A DNA stretch of 64,000 bases, taken from NCBI GenBank assembly GCA_040901985.1, contig JBBDYC010000008.1:208490-272489 (forward strand), read 5' to 3'. The stretch comes from Gemmatimonadaceae bacterium. GTDB lineage: Bacteria; Gemmatimonadota; Gemmatimonadetes; Gemmatimonadales; Gemmatimonadaceae. The notes below the pieces were generated by a model. The model saw only the letters and a list, made by a program, of their open reading frames with translations. It was not told where the DNA came from and did no database searches. The position numbers were made by a program, and so were the translations under genes. Every line of letters begins with the position of its first letter. The first letter of the stretch is position 1. Shown in pieces: positions 10,095 to 19,764 of this stretch.

Positions 10095-12463
10095 GTGAGT
10101 TCCCCCTTGGGCGGTGGCGGCGCGGCGGCGGCGAGCGCGGCGCGCTCCCGCTCCATCAACCGGTCGAGCTGGACCTTCGCTGCCCGGTATTGTGGGGGCC
10201 AGAGCTCGGCGGCGCCATCAAGACCGAAGCGCGCCGCCTCGGTGAGCGTCCACGCCGCATTCACCAGATGCGGCCGTCCCACCGCCACCAGGTCGGCGCG
10301 CCCGGAGGCGATGATCCCATTGGCCTGGTCGGCGTCCGTGATCGCGCCGACGGCGATCGTGGCGATCCCCGCTTCCTGGCGCACGCGGTCGGCGAACGGC
10401 GTCTGCCACATCCGGCCGTACACCGGGCGCTCGTCCTTCACCACTTGGCCGGCCGAGACGTCCATCAGGTCGGCGCCGGCGTCCTTGAAGAGCCGCGCCA
10501 GCGCCACCGCGTCGTCGCCGGTGTTTCCGCCCGGCGCCCAATCGTGCGCCGAGATCCGCACCGACATCGGCCGCTCGGCCGGCCAGGCGGCGCGCAGGGC
10601 GGCGAACACCTCGAGCGGGAAGCGCGCGCGGCCCGCGAGGTCGCCGCCGTACCGGTCAGTCCGCCGGTTGGTCAGCGGCGAGAGGAACGCCGAAAGCAGG
10701 TAGCCGTGCGCGCAGTGGAGCTCGAGCCAGTCGAAGCCGGCCGCCGCGCCGAGCGTCGCCGCACGCACGAACTCCTCGCGCACGCGGTCCATATCGGCGC
10801 GCGTCATCGCCCGCGCGACCGCCGAGATCCCGGCGAGATACTGTGTCTCCGACGGCGCGATGAGGGCCCAGCCGCCCTCCGGCAGCGGGAGGTCAATTCC
10901 TTCCCACATCTTCTGCGTCGCGCCCTTCGCGCCGGCGTGGCCGAGCTGGAGCCCGATCTTCGCTTCGCTGTGCGTGTGCACGAACGCGACGATCCGCGCC
11001 CACGCCTCGCGCTGCGCCTCGTTCCAGAGCCCCGGACACCAAGGCGTGATCCTCGCGTCCGCCGCCACGCACGTCATCTCGGTCATCACGAGGCCGGCGC
11101 CGCCGGTGGCCCGTGCGCCGAGGTGCACCAGGTGCCAGTCGGTCGGGCGGCCGTCGGGGTCGGCCGAATACTGGGCCATCGGCGAGACCACGACGCGGTT
11201 GCGCAGCGTCACCCCGCGCACCCGGTACGGGGTAAGCAGCGACGGCGGCGCCGGGCGGTCCGCCGGCACCTCGACCCCGGCCTGCTGGGCGAACCAGCGC
11301 TCGAACTCGGCGACGTAACGCGGGTCCCGCAGCCGCAGGTTCTCGTGCGAGATCCGCTGCGACCGGGTGAGCAGCGAATAGGCGAACTGTTCCGGCGCCA
11401 GCGTCGCGTAGCGATCCACGTGCTCAAACCACTCGGTCGAGTTGCGCGCGGCGTTCTGCAGCCGCAACACCTCCACCGACCGCTCGGCTTGGTAGCGCGC
11501 GAGGGCGGCATCGCGGTCCGGCTCGGCGGCAAGGATCGCGTCGAGCGCAATCGCATCTTCGAGCGCGAGCTTGCTCCCCGATCCGATCGAGAAGTGGGCG
11601 GTGTGCGCCGCATCACCGAGCAGCACCAGCGGCACGCGGCGTCCGCCCTCGTCGAGCCAGTGGATCCAGGAGGCGGAGGTCACGCGGGGAAACCGAATCC
11701 ACTGCGCCGACCCGCGAAGGTGCTTGGCATTGCTGACCAGCGGCGCGCCCGAGAGTTCGCGCGCGAACAGTCGCTCGCAGAATGCGATGGACTCCCCGCC
11801 GTCCATCGCGCCGATCCCGGCGCGGTCCCAGACCTCCCACGGCGTCTCGACGATGAAGGTGCTCATCGCCTCATCGAACTGATACGCGTGCGCCTGGAAC
11901 CAGCCGTGCGGCGTCTCGGCAAACGCGAAGGTGAAGGCGTCGAACCGGCGCGGGGTGCCGAGCCAGACATAGCGGCAGCGGCGCACATCCACGTCGGGGG
12001 CGAAGCTCCGGGCGTAGCGGTCGCGGATGCGGCTGTTGATCCCGTCGGCGGCAATCACGAGGTCGTAGCCCCCGTCGGCGACCACTTGCTCGAGCCCGGC
12101 CGGAGTCTCATCCTCGAACCGCAGCTCAACGCCGAGCGCGGTGCAACGTTCGTGAAGGATGGCGAGCATCTGCTTGCGTCCGATCCCGCTGAAGCCGTGG
12201 CCGCCCGAGCGGACGGTGGTGCCGCCGAAGTGCACCTCGATGTCGTCCCAATGATGGAGCGCGCGCGCAATGCGGTCGGCGCTGGCCGGATCGGCGGTGC
12301 GGAGATTGGCGACGGTCTGGTCGGAGAGCACGACGCCCCAGCCGAAGGTGTCGTCGGCCCGGTTGCGCTCGCGGACGGTGACGTGCGCGTCCGGATGCCG
12401 CCGCTTGAGCAGGAGCGCGGCGTACAGTCCCCCCGGACCTCCCCCCACGGCCAACACACGCAC
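10091..12463 (-). CDS. abmA: Bifunctional 2-aminobenzoyl-CoA (salicylyl-CoA) monooxygenase/reductase
   Basis: FAD monooxygenase N-domain ([27 protein letters not shown]) fused to an Old Yellow Enzyme domain ([23 protein letters not shown]); GTG start after AAGGAG. Confidence 0.92.
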   Translation of the reverse strand: MRVLAVGGGPGGLYAALLLKRRHPDAHVTVRERNRADDTFGWGVVLSDQTVANLRTADPASADRIARALHHWDDIEVHFGGTTVRSGGHGFSGIGRKQMLAILHERCTALGVELRFEDETPAGLEQVVADGGYDLVIAADGINSRIRDRYARSFAPDVDVRRCRYVWLGTPRRFDAFTFAFAETPHGWFQAHAYQFDEAMSTFIVETPWEVWDRAGIGAMDGGESIAFCERLFARELSGAPLVSNAKHLRGSAQWIRFPRVTSASWIHWLDEGGRRVPLVLLGDAAHTAHFSIGSGSKLALEDAIALDAILAAEPDRDAALARYQAERSVEVLRLQNAARNSTEWFEHVDRYATLAPEQFAYSLLTRSQRISHENLRLRDPRYVAEFERWFAQQAGVEVPADRPAPPSLLTPYRVRGVTLRNRVVVSPMAQYSADPDGRPTDWHLVHLGARATGGAGLVMTEMTCVAADARITPWCPGLWNEAQREAWARIVAFVHTHSEAKIGLQLGHAGAKGATQKMWEGIDLPLPEGGWALIAPSETQYLAGISAVARAMTRADMDRVREEFVRAATLGAAAGFDWLELHCAHGYLLSAFLSPLTNRRTDRYGGDLAGRARFPLEVFAALRAAWPAERPMSVRISAHDWAPGGNTGDDAVALARLFKDAGADLMDVSAGQVVKDERPVYGRMWQTPFADRVRQEAGIATIAVGAITDADQANGIIASGRADLVAVGRPHLVNAAWTLTEAARFGLDGAAELWPPQYRAAKVQLDRLMERERAALAAAAPPPPKGELT

Positions 12464-12506
12464 GCCCTGGCTCCTTGCGGTCGGTGGACGGGGGGATGGT
12501 AGGGCC

Positions 12507-12530
12507 ATTTGCTTCAAATATCAAGTAAAT
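12507..12530. promoter_or_regulatory. Candidate MarR operator upstream of the abm operon
   Basis: AT-rich imperfect palindrome ATTTGCTTCAAATATCAAGTAAAT in a GC-rich background, about 45 bp upstream of the abmA start. Confidence 0.55.
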
Positions 12531-12603
12531 CGGCCGGTTGGTGGGCCGGTCGAGTATCTTCCGTCCGGGCGCGCAGGGCGCCCGATCCCTCTCCACCATC
12601 GAG

Positions 12604-13188
12604 ATGACCGGAAAGTCCAAGCAGGCGCCGAGCGCCCAGGCGCGGGGCGCCAAGGGCAAGCGCGGCGGTCGGGGGCGCGGCCGCGGCGGCGGCGGCGCCA
12701 AGAAGGCCGTGACGCCCAAGGTGGCGACGCGCCACTCGCCCACGCTGACCTCGCACCCCACCGGGCGGGCCGCGTACCTGGACACGCGCAAATGGCTGCT
12801 TGCGACGCACGGCCCGGTCTGCGCTTACTGCGAGCGTATCGTCGCCGAGCGGACCGTCACGCTCGACCACGTGACGCCGCGCCGCGGCCTCACTGCCTAC
12901 GACCGGCGCGACAACCTCGTGCTCTGCTGCAAGACCTGCAACGCCGCGAAGGCGGACAAGCCGATCCTCGTCTTCCTGCTCGGCAACCGCGCCCGCGTGG
13001 TCGCGCTCTACAAGTACGGCCAGCACCTGAGCCATCAGTTGGTCGAGATGGTCAAGGACCTGCTGCCGGCCGGGGACCGGCCGCCGCTGCCGACGGGACC
13101 GCCGCCGAAGCCCCGCGCCAAGCGGAAGAGCTGGGCCGAGATGCATCCGCACGAGGATGAGGGCCTCTCGCCGTACCTCGACGGGTGA
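12604..13188 (+). CDS. HNH endonuclease family protein with a basic, Gly-rich N-terminus
   Basis: CAYC...TLDHVTP...DNLVLCCKTCNAAKAD. Confidence 0.85.
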   Translation: MTGKSKQAPSAQARGAKGKRGGRGRGRGGGGAKKAVTPKVATRHSPTLTSHPTGRAAYLDTRKWLLATHGPVCAYCERIVAERTVTLDHVTPRRGLTAYDRRDNLVLCCKTCNAAKADKPILVFLLGNRARVVALYKYGQHLSHQLVEMVKDLLPAGDRPPLPTGPPPKPRAKRKSWAEMHPHEDEGLSPYLDG

Positions 13189-13192
13189 TGGC

Positions 13193-13579
13193 GTGACCAT
13201 CCGCCTGATCCGGACGCCCAATGCGCCGACGCCGGCCGGGCACTACTCGCAGGCCACGGTGCACCAGGGTGTCGTCTATGTCGCCGGGCAGTTGGCGATT
13301 GACCCGGCGACCGGTGAGCCGCAGCTCGGTTCGGTCGGCGAGCAGACCGAACGGACCCTCCGCAACGTGGAGGCGATCCTCGTCGCCGCCGGGAGCGACC
13401 TCGCGCACCTGCTTAAGGTGACGGTCTTCATCAGCGACATCTCACTCTGGGCCGAGGTGAACGCCGTCTATGCGCGGATCCTCGGCTCGCATCGGCCCGC
13501 GCGCGCGATAGTCCCGACCAAGGACCTCCGCCACGGATTCCTGGTCGAGATTGACGCAATCGGCGCGCTGAAGGAGTGA
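13193..13579 (+). CDS. RidA family protein
   Basis: GHYSQA, VAGQL, NAVYA, PARAIV, VEIDAI. Confidence 0.9.
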   Translation: MTIRLIRTPNAPTPAGHYSQATVHQGVVYVAGQLAIDPATGEPQLGSVGEQTERTLRNVEAILVAAGSDLAHLLKVTVFISDISLWAEVNAVYARILGSHRPARAIVPTKDLRHGFLVEIDAIGALKE

Positions 13580-13600
13580 CCGACCGACGGCGCCGCGGTC

Positions 13601-13666
13601 GGCGGCGTCGTTGTCAGCGGCGCGGCGTCATTGTGAGCGGGGCGGCGTCATCGTCAGCGGGGCGGC
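13601..13666. repeat. 20-bp tandem repeat x3 plus a partial copy, at a convergent gene junction
   Basis: ggcggcgtcgttgtcagcgg / cgcggcgtcattgtgagcgg / ggcggcgtcatcgtcagcgg / ggcggc. Confidence 0.85.
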
Positions 13667-15546
13667 CGGTTGTTCACGCCGGCGAGGAGATCGGCCGGTG
13701 CGTAGGCGCGGCCGCCGCGCATCACCAGATGTACGCGGCGAAGGTCGGCGATCCGCTCGGTCGGACGTCCGTCAATGATCACCAGGTCGGCGACCATCCC
13801 GGGCGCGATGTTCCCGATCGCCGCCGCCTCGCCCATCACGCGCGCCGAGCCGAGCGTGGCGAGCTGCAACACCTGCATCGGCGGTATTCCGGCGCGCTCG
13901 TAGAGCTCGAGCTCGGCGTTGTAGCTCGACCCGTCCGTCCCGGGGACGATCGTGACCCCGGCATCGAAGAGTCGGCGGACAAGCCGCAGGTAGGCGCGGT
14001 TGCCGGCCCGTGCGCTCAGCGAATCGCTGCCGGTCGTGTCGCGCATCCAGAGGTTGAACGTCCCGTCCACCACGGTTCCGTGCGCCTTGAGGTCGGCGAG
14101 GAGCGCGGTCATCGGGGCGCCGTCCACGTCGGTGTTGGGTGCGACGACCGCGGCGACCCCGGAGTAGGGGCGCATCGTCGGGTAGTAGAGCGAGTCCTGG
14201 TGGAAGGTCGAGAAGAGGAAGGCGGCGTGGTTGATCTCGTCGAAGCCAAGGCGGATCGCCGCACCGACGCTGAGCCCGCGCGGCACGTGGCCGCTCAACC
14301 GCATCCCGCGTGCCCGCGCCTCGGCGGCGATCGCCGGGACGAGGTCGGGATGCACGAGGTTGTAGAGCTTGACCTGCCGATAGCCGAGCGAGTCGTAGCG
14401 GGCGACCCACTCGCGTGCCTCCGCCTCGGTGCGGACGAGGACGTCGCTCGGGCCAGCCCAGAGTCCGGGCCCCTCGATGAAGCCGGCGAGGATCACCCGT
14501 GGCGAGACGATTGTTCCCGCGTTCGCGCGGTCGCGGTGCGAAAGGCCGACATCGGTGTCGGACGCCATATCGCGAATCGTCGTGACGCCGATCGCGAGGT
14601 GCCGGACGACCGTCCCCGTCTGGCTGGCGAGCTGGAAATGCGTGTGCATGTCCCAGAGGCCCGGCACGACGGTCTTCCCGCCCGCGTCAATGACGTGCGC
14701 GCCGCGCGGCGTTCGTACGGAGGCCGCGGGGCCGACCGCGGTGATGCGGCCGCCCTCGACGACGATGGTGTGCCGCGGCAGGAGGACGCCGCGCTCGGCC
14801 TCGAACACATCGGCGTCGCGAATCACCACCAAACCGGAGGCGGTCACGCGAATCTGCGACGCCAGCGCGTTCCCCGCCTCGTTGCGATACGCGGTCTCGA
14901 TGGCGCGCAGCAGCGGCAATGCGGGCACGATGTCCGGCCGCACCGTGACGAACCACCCCACCGCGCTCGCCGCAAGCGCGCCAGATGCATCCACCCAGAC
15001 CGCCTGCGAGGTCGCGCCGACGCCGTGCAGCATCGCGAGGCGGAGTCGCACGCCGCCGCGAGTGGACGGGACGACGGTGTCGGCGGCAATCTCAAGACGC
15101 AGTTCGATCCCGGTCGGCAGGACGCGCGTCGTATGGGCGGGCCGGGCGAGGAGGTGTCGCACAATCCGCGCCTGGTCCCACGCGGTCGAGTTGGCGAGCG
15201 CGTACACGCCGTCCCTGCGCGCGACCGTCCGCGCGTCGTCGCCGCCTCGGGTGAAACGCACCGAATCGCCGGCGATCTCATAGCCGTCCGTCGCCGCGCC
15301 GACGGCGCCGTCGCGCGTCATCGGCCGACTCTCGCCGGCGCGCACGCTCCCGTCGGCGTCCACGAGGTACCGACTCTGCACCCAGCGCCCGCGATTGCGG
15401 TCAATGTGCCCGTACGTCACAACGAGCGAATCCGCGTCGGCGACCACGCGCATCTCGCCGGCCGGCCGGCCGTGGTTCAGCACCACGTAGGTCGTCGTGT
15501 CGGCGCTGAGCGCGAGGGTGGTGGCGAGCAGGGTGTGCGCGAGCAT
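13654..15546 (-). CDS. Secreted amidohydrolase family protein
   Basis: Signal peptide; IDAGGKTVVPGLWDMHTH, GTD, G.IAPG..ADLVI. Confidence 0.88.
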   Translation of the reverse strand: MLAHTLLATTLALSADTTTYVVLNHGRPAGEMRVVADADSLVVTYGHIDRNRGRWVQSRYLVDADGSVRAGESRPMTRDGAVGAATDGYEIAGDSVRFTRGGDDARTVARRDGVYALANSTAWDQARIVRHLLARPAHTTRVLPTGIELRLEIAADTVVPSTRGGVRLRLAMLHGVGATSQAVWVDASGALAASAVGWFVTVRPDIVPALPLLRAIETAYRNEAGNALASQIRVTASGLVVIRDADVFEAERGVLLPRHTIVVEGGRITAVGPAASVRTPRGAHVIDAGGKTVVPGLWDMHTHFQLASQTGTVVRHLAIGVTTIRDMASDTDVGLSHRDRANAGTIVSPRVILAGFIEGPGLWAGPSDVLVRTEAEAREWVARYDSLGYRQVKLYNLVHPDLVPAIAAEARARGMRLSGHVPRGLSVGAAIRLGFDEINHAAFLFSTFHQDSLYYPTMRPYSGVAAVVAPNTDVDGAPMTALLADLKAHGTVVDGTFNLWMRDTTGSDSLSARAGNRAYLRLVRRLFDAGVTIVPGTDGSSYNAELELYERAGIPPMQVLQLATLGSARVMGEAAAIGNIAPGMVADLVIIDGRPTERIADLRRVHLVMRGGRAYAPADLLAGVNNRPPR

Positions 15547-15636
15547 TGATCCGATGGAAGAGGGAGGTGACCTGCGGCGTTCAAATTGGAGCGTCCGGCG
15601 GTGGCGCGGAAGTTCGTCCCTCCTTACCCTATCCAG

Positions 15637-16809
15637 ATGCGCTCATCCGTCCGTTCGCTGTCGTCGCGCCTCGTGCCGGCGCTCCTCGCGTTGGCGGCCT
15701 GCCAGCCGGCACCGGACGTCCTTGCCCAGCTTGCCGGTACCCCGTCGCCGCAGCCGGCGTCCACGTCGGGCGTCGTCACGGTCGAGACGGTGGCGCGTGG
15801 CCTGGTGAACCCGTGGGGCCTCGCCTTCCTGCCCGATGGGAGGATGCTCGTCACCGAGCGCCCCGGCCGCCTGCGCATCGTGGGCGTGGACGGCGCGCTC
15901 TCGGCTCCCGTCGGCGGCGTGCCGACGGTCGCCGCGTCGGGCCAGGGTGGGCTGCTCGACGTCGAGCTCGACCCGCAGTTCGCGTCCAATGCGCTGGTCT
16001 ATCTCTCGTACGCCGAGCCGGGGGACGGCGGCGCCGGAACGGCCGTCGCCCGCGGGCGACTCGAGGGGAACGCACTCGTTGACGTACAGGTGATCTACAG
16101 GCAGCGGCCGAAGGTGCGTGGCAGCGGCCACTTCGGGTCCCGGCTCGTCTTTGCACGCAACGGCGCGCTCTTCATCACGCAGGGCGACCGCCAGGGCTAC
16201 CGCGAGCGTGCGCAGGATCTCGGTTCGGGAATCGGGAAGATCGTCCGCGTGCACCCGGACGGGTCGGTTCCCGTTGACAACCCCTTTGCCGACCGCGACG
16301 ACGCGCTGCCGGAGATCTGGTCGTACGGCCACCGCAACGCGCAGGGGGCGGCGCTCCATCCGGGGACCGGACAGCTCTGGACCGTCGAGCACGGCGCGCG
16401 TGGCGGCGATGAGCTCAACCATCCCGAGCCGGGCCTCAACTACGGCTGGCCGGTGATCACCTACGGTCGCGACTACTCCGGATTCTCGATCGGCCAAGGC
16501 ACGGCGAAGGCGGGGATGGAACAGCCGGTCTACTACTGGGATCCGGTGATCGCGCCGTCGGGGATGGCCTTCTACACCGGCGACCGATACGACGGGTGGC
16601 GTGGGAGCGTGTTGATCGGGTCGCTGAGTCCGGGGCTGTTGGTGCGCCTGGAACTCGCCAACGGACGCGTCGTGCGAGAGACGCGCTACCTCGGCGAACT
16701 GCGCGAACGGATCCGTGAGGTGGCCGAGGGCCCTGACGGATTCGTCTATCTTCTCACCGACAGTCCGGACGGGCGCGTGCTGCGCGTGGTGCCGACGCCG
16801 CCCCGATGA
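15637..16809 (+). CDS. PQQ-dependent sugar dehydrogenase (YliI/GSDH family) lipoprotein
   Basis: Lipobox LAAC; PWGLAFLPDG, GQGGLLD, HFGSRL, YGHRNAQG, NYGWP. Confidence 0.92.
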   Translation: MRSSVRSLSSRLVPALLALAACQPAPDVLAQLAGTPSPQPASTSGVVTVETVARGLVNPWGLAFLPDGRMLVTERPGRLRIVGVDGALSAPVGGVPTVAASGQGGLLDVELDPQFASNALVYLSYAEPGDGGAGTAVARGRLEGNALVDVQVIYRQRPKVRGSGHFGSRLVFARNGALFITQGDRQGYRERAQDLGSGIGKIVRVHPDGSVPVDNPFADRDDALPEIWSYGHRNAQGAALHPGTGQLWTVEHGARGGDELNHPEPGLNYGWPVITYGRDYSGFSIGQGTAKAGMEQPVYYWDPVIAPSGMAFYTGDRYDGWRGSVLIGSLSPGLLVRLELANGRVVRETRYLGELRERIREVAEGPDGFVYLLTDSPDGRVLRVVPTPPR

Positions 16810-17917
16810 TGCGCACCGCGCGCATTGCAGCACTCGCCGCTATCGTCACGACCGGCGCCGCCGCGCAGTCGGAGCTCGTCCTCCCGCGCGATGCCGACCC
16901 GAACGACTGGGAAGCGTACTTCGACCTCGGCGTCTCCCACGTCCGGAGCAAGCCGGCGCTCGCCGAGGCGGCGTTCATGATGGCGTCGTCCCTCGACCCG
17001 TCGCGGGCCGAGCCGATCTTCGCCCGCTACGTGACGTTCTGGTTGCGGACGCCGATGGAGGACTATCTCGCGTATCTGGATGGGAACGAGGCGATGTGGC
17101 GTCGGCCGCACGTGCAGATGGCCGATTCGCTCCTCTCGCTCTCGCTGCGACGCAATCCGTTCGTGCATCGCGGGCTGGAGCTCCTGATGTTCGACCGGTT
17201 CCCCGGCCGCTACCGGACCGACCCTGCGACGCGGGCCTGGATCGAGTACTCGGCGGGGAAGTTCCAGGAGGCGATCCGGATCCAGACGCCGGCGATCGAT
17301 CGGAATCCGCGGGGGACGATCTGGCTGCGCTACGACCGCGCGCTGAGCCGCGTCGCCGACCGTGACCTCGCCGGCGCGCTCACCGACCTGCAGTTCATCC
17401 TTGACGAACTGCGGCGGCAGGAGGAGGTGGCAAGGAGCTGCGCTACTATCGATCGAAGCACGCCCTGCTCTATATGATCGGACTGATCCGCGTCCAGCAG
17501 GGCGACTACGCGGGCGCGCGGGAAGCGTTCGGCGAGGCGCTCGTGGAGAACGCCGGATTCGCGCACGCGCAGGCGGCCCTCGGCCTCCTCTCCCGCACGG
17601 AGCGGAAGATGACGCAGGCGCTGGAGGAGCACACCGCCGCGGCCGGACTCCTCCCCTCGGACCAGGTGCTCCAGCTACAGCACGCCCAGGCGCTCTTCGA
17701 TGCCGGGCGATTCGAGGCGGCGGTGCAGGCGGCCGAGCGGGTGGCGGCCGCCGAGCCACGGTGGGCGGCGCCGCACCTGTTGATGGGGCGGGCCCGCGAC
17801 CGGCAGCGTCGCACGGCCGAGGCGACCGAGCACTACCGCGCGTACCTCGCCCGTGCGACGCGGACCGACCCACAGGCGCCGGCGCTCCGCGCGCGAGTCG
17901 GCAGCACGCCGCCCTGA
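16806..17917 (+). pseudogene. Secreted TPR protein split by a one-base frameshift near 17425-17432 (possibly an assembly error)
   Basis: ORFs 16806-17477 and 17474-17917 join via the alternative frame KELRYYRSKHALLYMIG, matching paralog 23746-24948 (EEDVVFYDSKALYEYSIG). Confidence 0.7.
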
Positions 17918-17923
17918 CGCGCC

Positions 17924-19180
17924 TCAGGGAATCAGCAGCAGCGTCGCCAGTCCGAGCAGCATCCCCATACTGACGACGTCGGTCGCGGTGGTCAGGAAGA
18001 TGCTCGATGCCGTGGCCGGGTCGGCGCCGGCGCGCCGAAGGATGAGCGGGATCATCGCGCCGGCGATTCCACTGATCACGCAGGCGCCGGTCATCGCCGC
18101 CACGACGATCAGCGCCAACGGCAAGGCCTGCGGATGTCCCTGCATCGTGGCGACGAAAAACATTCCGGCGCCCGCGGTGAGGCCCACCAGCCCGCCGTTC
18201 AGCGTGCCGAGGAGCGCCTCCTTGGCGACGAGCATTCGCTCAGTGCCGCCCCGCAGTTCGCCGAGCGTCATCCCGCGGAGCGTGACGGCGAGGGCCTGAC
18301 ACCCGGTGTTCCCCGACTGGCCGGCGAGGACCGGGAGGAAGAGCGCGAGAATCACCATCTGGTCGAGCGTGCCCTGGAAGATCCCGACGACGCCGGCGGC
18401 GAGGAAGGCGGTGAGCAGGTTGAGCTGCAGCCAAGGGTGGCGGAACTTGAGACTGCGCGGCCACGGCGTGAGCAGCCGCTCCTCCTCGTCCACGCCGACC
18501 ATCCGGCCGGGCTGCGCGCTGATCTCGAAGGCCTGCTCCTGGAACATCGCGGCGCCGCGCACCTGGCCGAGCAACCGCCCGACGTCGTCGCACACCGGAT
18601 AGACCGGGTAGTGGCGATGGACGACGAGCTTCATCGCGTCCTCGAGCGGCATCGTCGGTTGCAGCGCGAAGACGTCGCGCAGCATCAGGTCCTCGAGCCG
18701 AGCGCTGTCGTCCGCGGTGACGAGGTCGCGCATCGTGGCGACGCCGACGAGCCGGTGCGCGCGGTCCACGACGAAGCAGTAGGTGAAGAAGACGCCCTTG
18801 GGGAGCTCGCGCACACGTTGCGACGCCTCGGCGACCGTCTGCTCGGGGTGGAAGAACGCCGGCGGCGTCTCCATCAGGCGCCCGACGCTTTCGTCCTCGA
18901 ACGAGAGGTTGAGCGACCACTGCCGCGTGACCCCGAGCGGCGCCGCCGCAAAAATGTCCTCGCGCTTCTCTTCCTCGAGTTCCGGGATGATGTCGCCGAC
19001 GACGGCGGGATTGATCTGCTGGAGGACTGCAGCCGCGGTGGCGTCATCGAGTTGTTCGAGCGCGTCGGCGGCCTCGGCCTTGCCCAAGCGACTGATGTCC
19101 GTGGCGATCTGCTCATTGGACTGCGGGCCACTCTTGCGGGCGCCGCGTGAGCGGCGGGAGGCCTTGGGGCCGTCGGTCAC
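17924..19180 (-). CDS. mgtE: Magnesium transporter MgtE
   Basis: CBS pair, RHPWL, GNTGCQ, DPATAS..FLTTATD; GTG start inferred. Confidence 0.9.
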   Translation of the reverse strand: MTDGPKASRRSRGARKSGPQSNEQIATDISRLGKAEAADALEQLDDATAAAVLQQINPAVVGDIIPELEEEKREDIFAAAPLGVTRQWSLNLSFEDESVGRLMETPPAFFHPEQTVAEASQRVRELPKGVFFTYCFVVDRAHRLVGVATMRDLVTADDSARLEDLMLRDVFALQPTMPLEDAMKLVVHRHYPVYPVCDDVGRLLGQVRGAAMFQEQAFEISAQPGRMVGVDEEERLLTPWPRSLKFRHPWLQLNLLTAFLAAGVVGIFQGTLDQMVILALFLPVLAGQSGNTGCQALAVTLRGMTLGELRGGTERMLVAKEALLGTLNGGLVGLTAGAGMFFVATMQGHPQALPLALIVVAAMTGACVISGIAGAMIPLILRRAGADPATASSIFLTTATDVVSMGMLLGLATLLLIP

Positions 19181-19309
19181 AGCGAAGCTCCGGAATTGGG
19201 CATGCGCAAAGATGCGTGGCCCGTGCGGACGGCACCAGCGCGTACGGCGTGCTGGACGCCGGGCGGCGATGGCGCGAAGTTCTCCGTTCCCCTCCTCGGA
19301 GTCCTTCGA

Positions 19310-19723
19310 ATGAACCCGACCCTGCGTGTGGTGCTGGCGGTGCTGGCCGGTGTGCTCTTCGGCGGGCTGGTCGTCGCCGGGGTCGAGGCGGCGAACGGCC
19401 TCATCCACGCGATGCCGGAGGGCCTCGACCGGAGCGACCCCGGGGCGATGCGGGCATTCGTGGCCGGGCTGCCCGCCCTGGCGTTCGTCCTGCTGCTCGT
19501 CGGGTGGCTGCTCGGGACCTTTCTCGGCGGTGCGCTCGCCGTGCGGATGGCCGGCCAGAGGCCGGCGCTGGTCGCCGGCATCGTCGGCGGGGTGATCCTC
19601 GCGGCGACCGTGATGAACCTGGTGATGCTCCCGCATCCGATTTGGGTCGTGATCGGCGCCGTCGTCGGGATTCCCGCCGCGGCCTGGCTCGCCGGCCGAA
19701 CGCTCCCCGGGCCGACCGCGTAG
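19310..19723 (+). CDS. Hypothetical membrane protein (about 4 TM)
   Basis: Hydrophobic helices, NLVMLPHPIW motif. Confidence 0.75.
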   Translation: MNPTLRVVLAVLAGVLFGGLVVAGVEAANGLIHAMPEGLDRSDPGAMRAFVAGLPALAFVLLLVGWLLGTFLGGALAVRMAGQRPALVAGIVGGVILAATVMNLVMLPHPIWVVIGAVVGIPAAAWLAGRTLPGPTA

Positions 19724-19764
19724 CCAGGACAATTGCCCACCTCCTTCACTCCGTCCCGCTGACA

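Noticed and set aside
12604..13188. IscB/Cas9-like or intron-encoded HNH
   Set aside because: Too short, with no RuvC or reverse-transcriptase motifs and no flanking ncRNA or element ends seen
13601..13666. Possible mini-CRISPR array
   Set aside because: Units are contiguous with no spacers, and there are no cas genes
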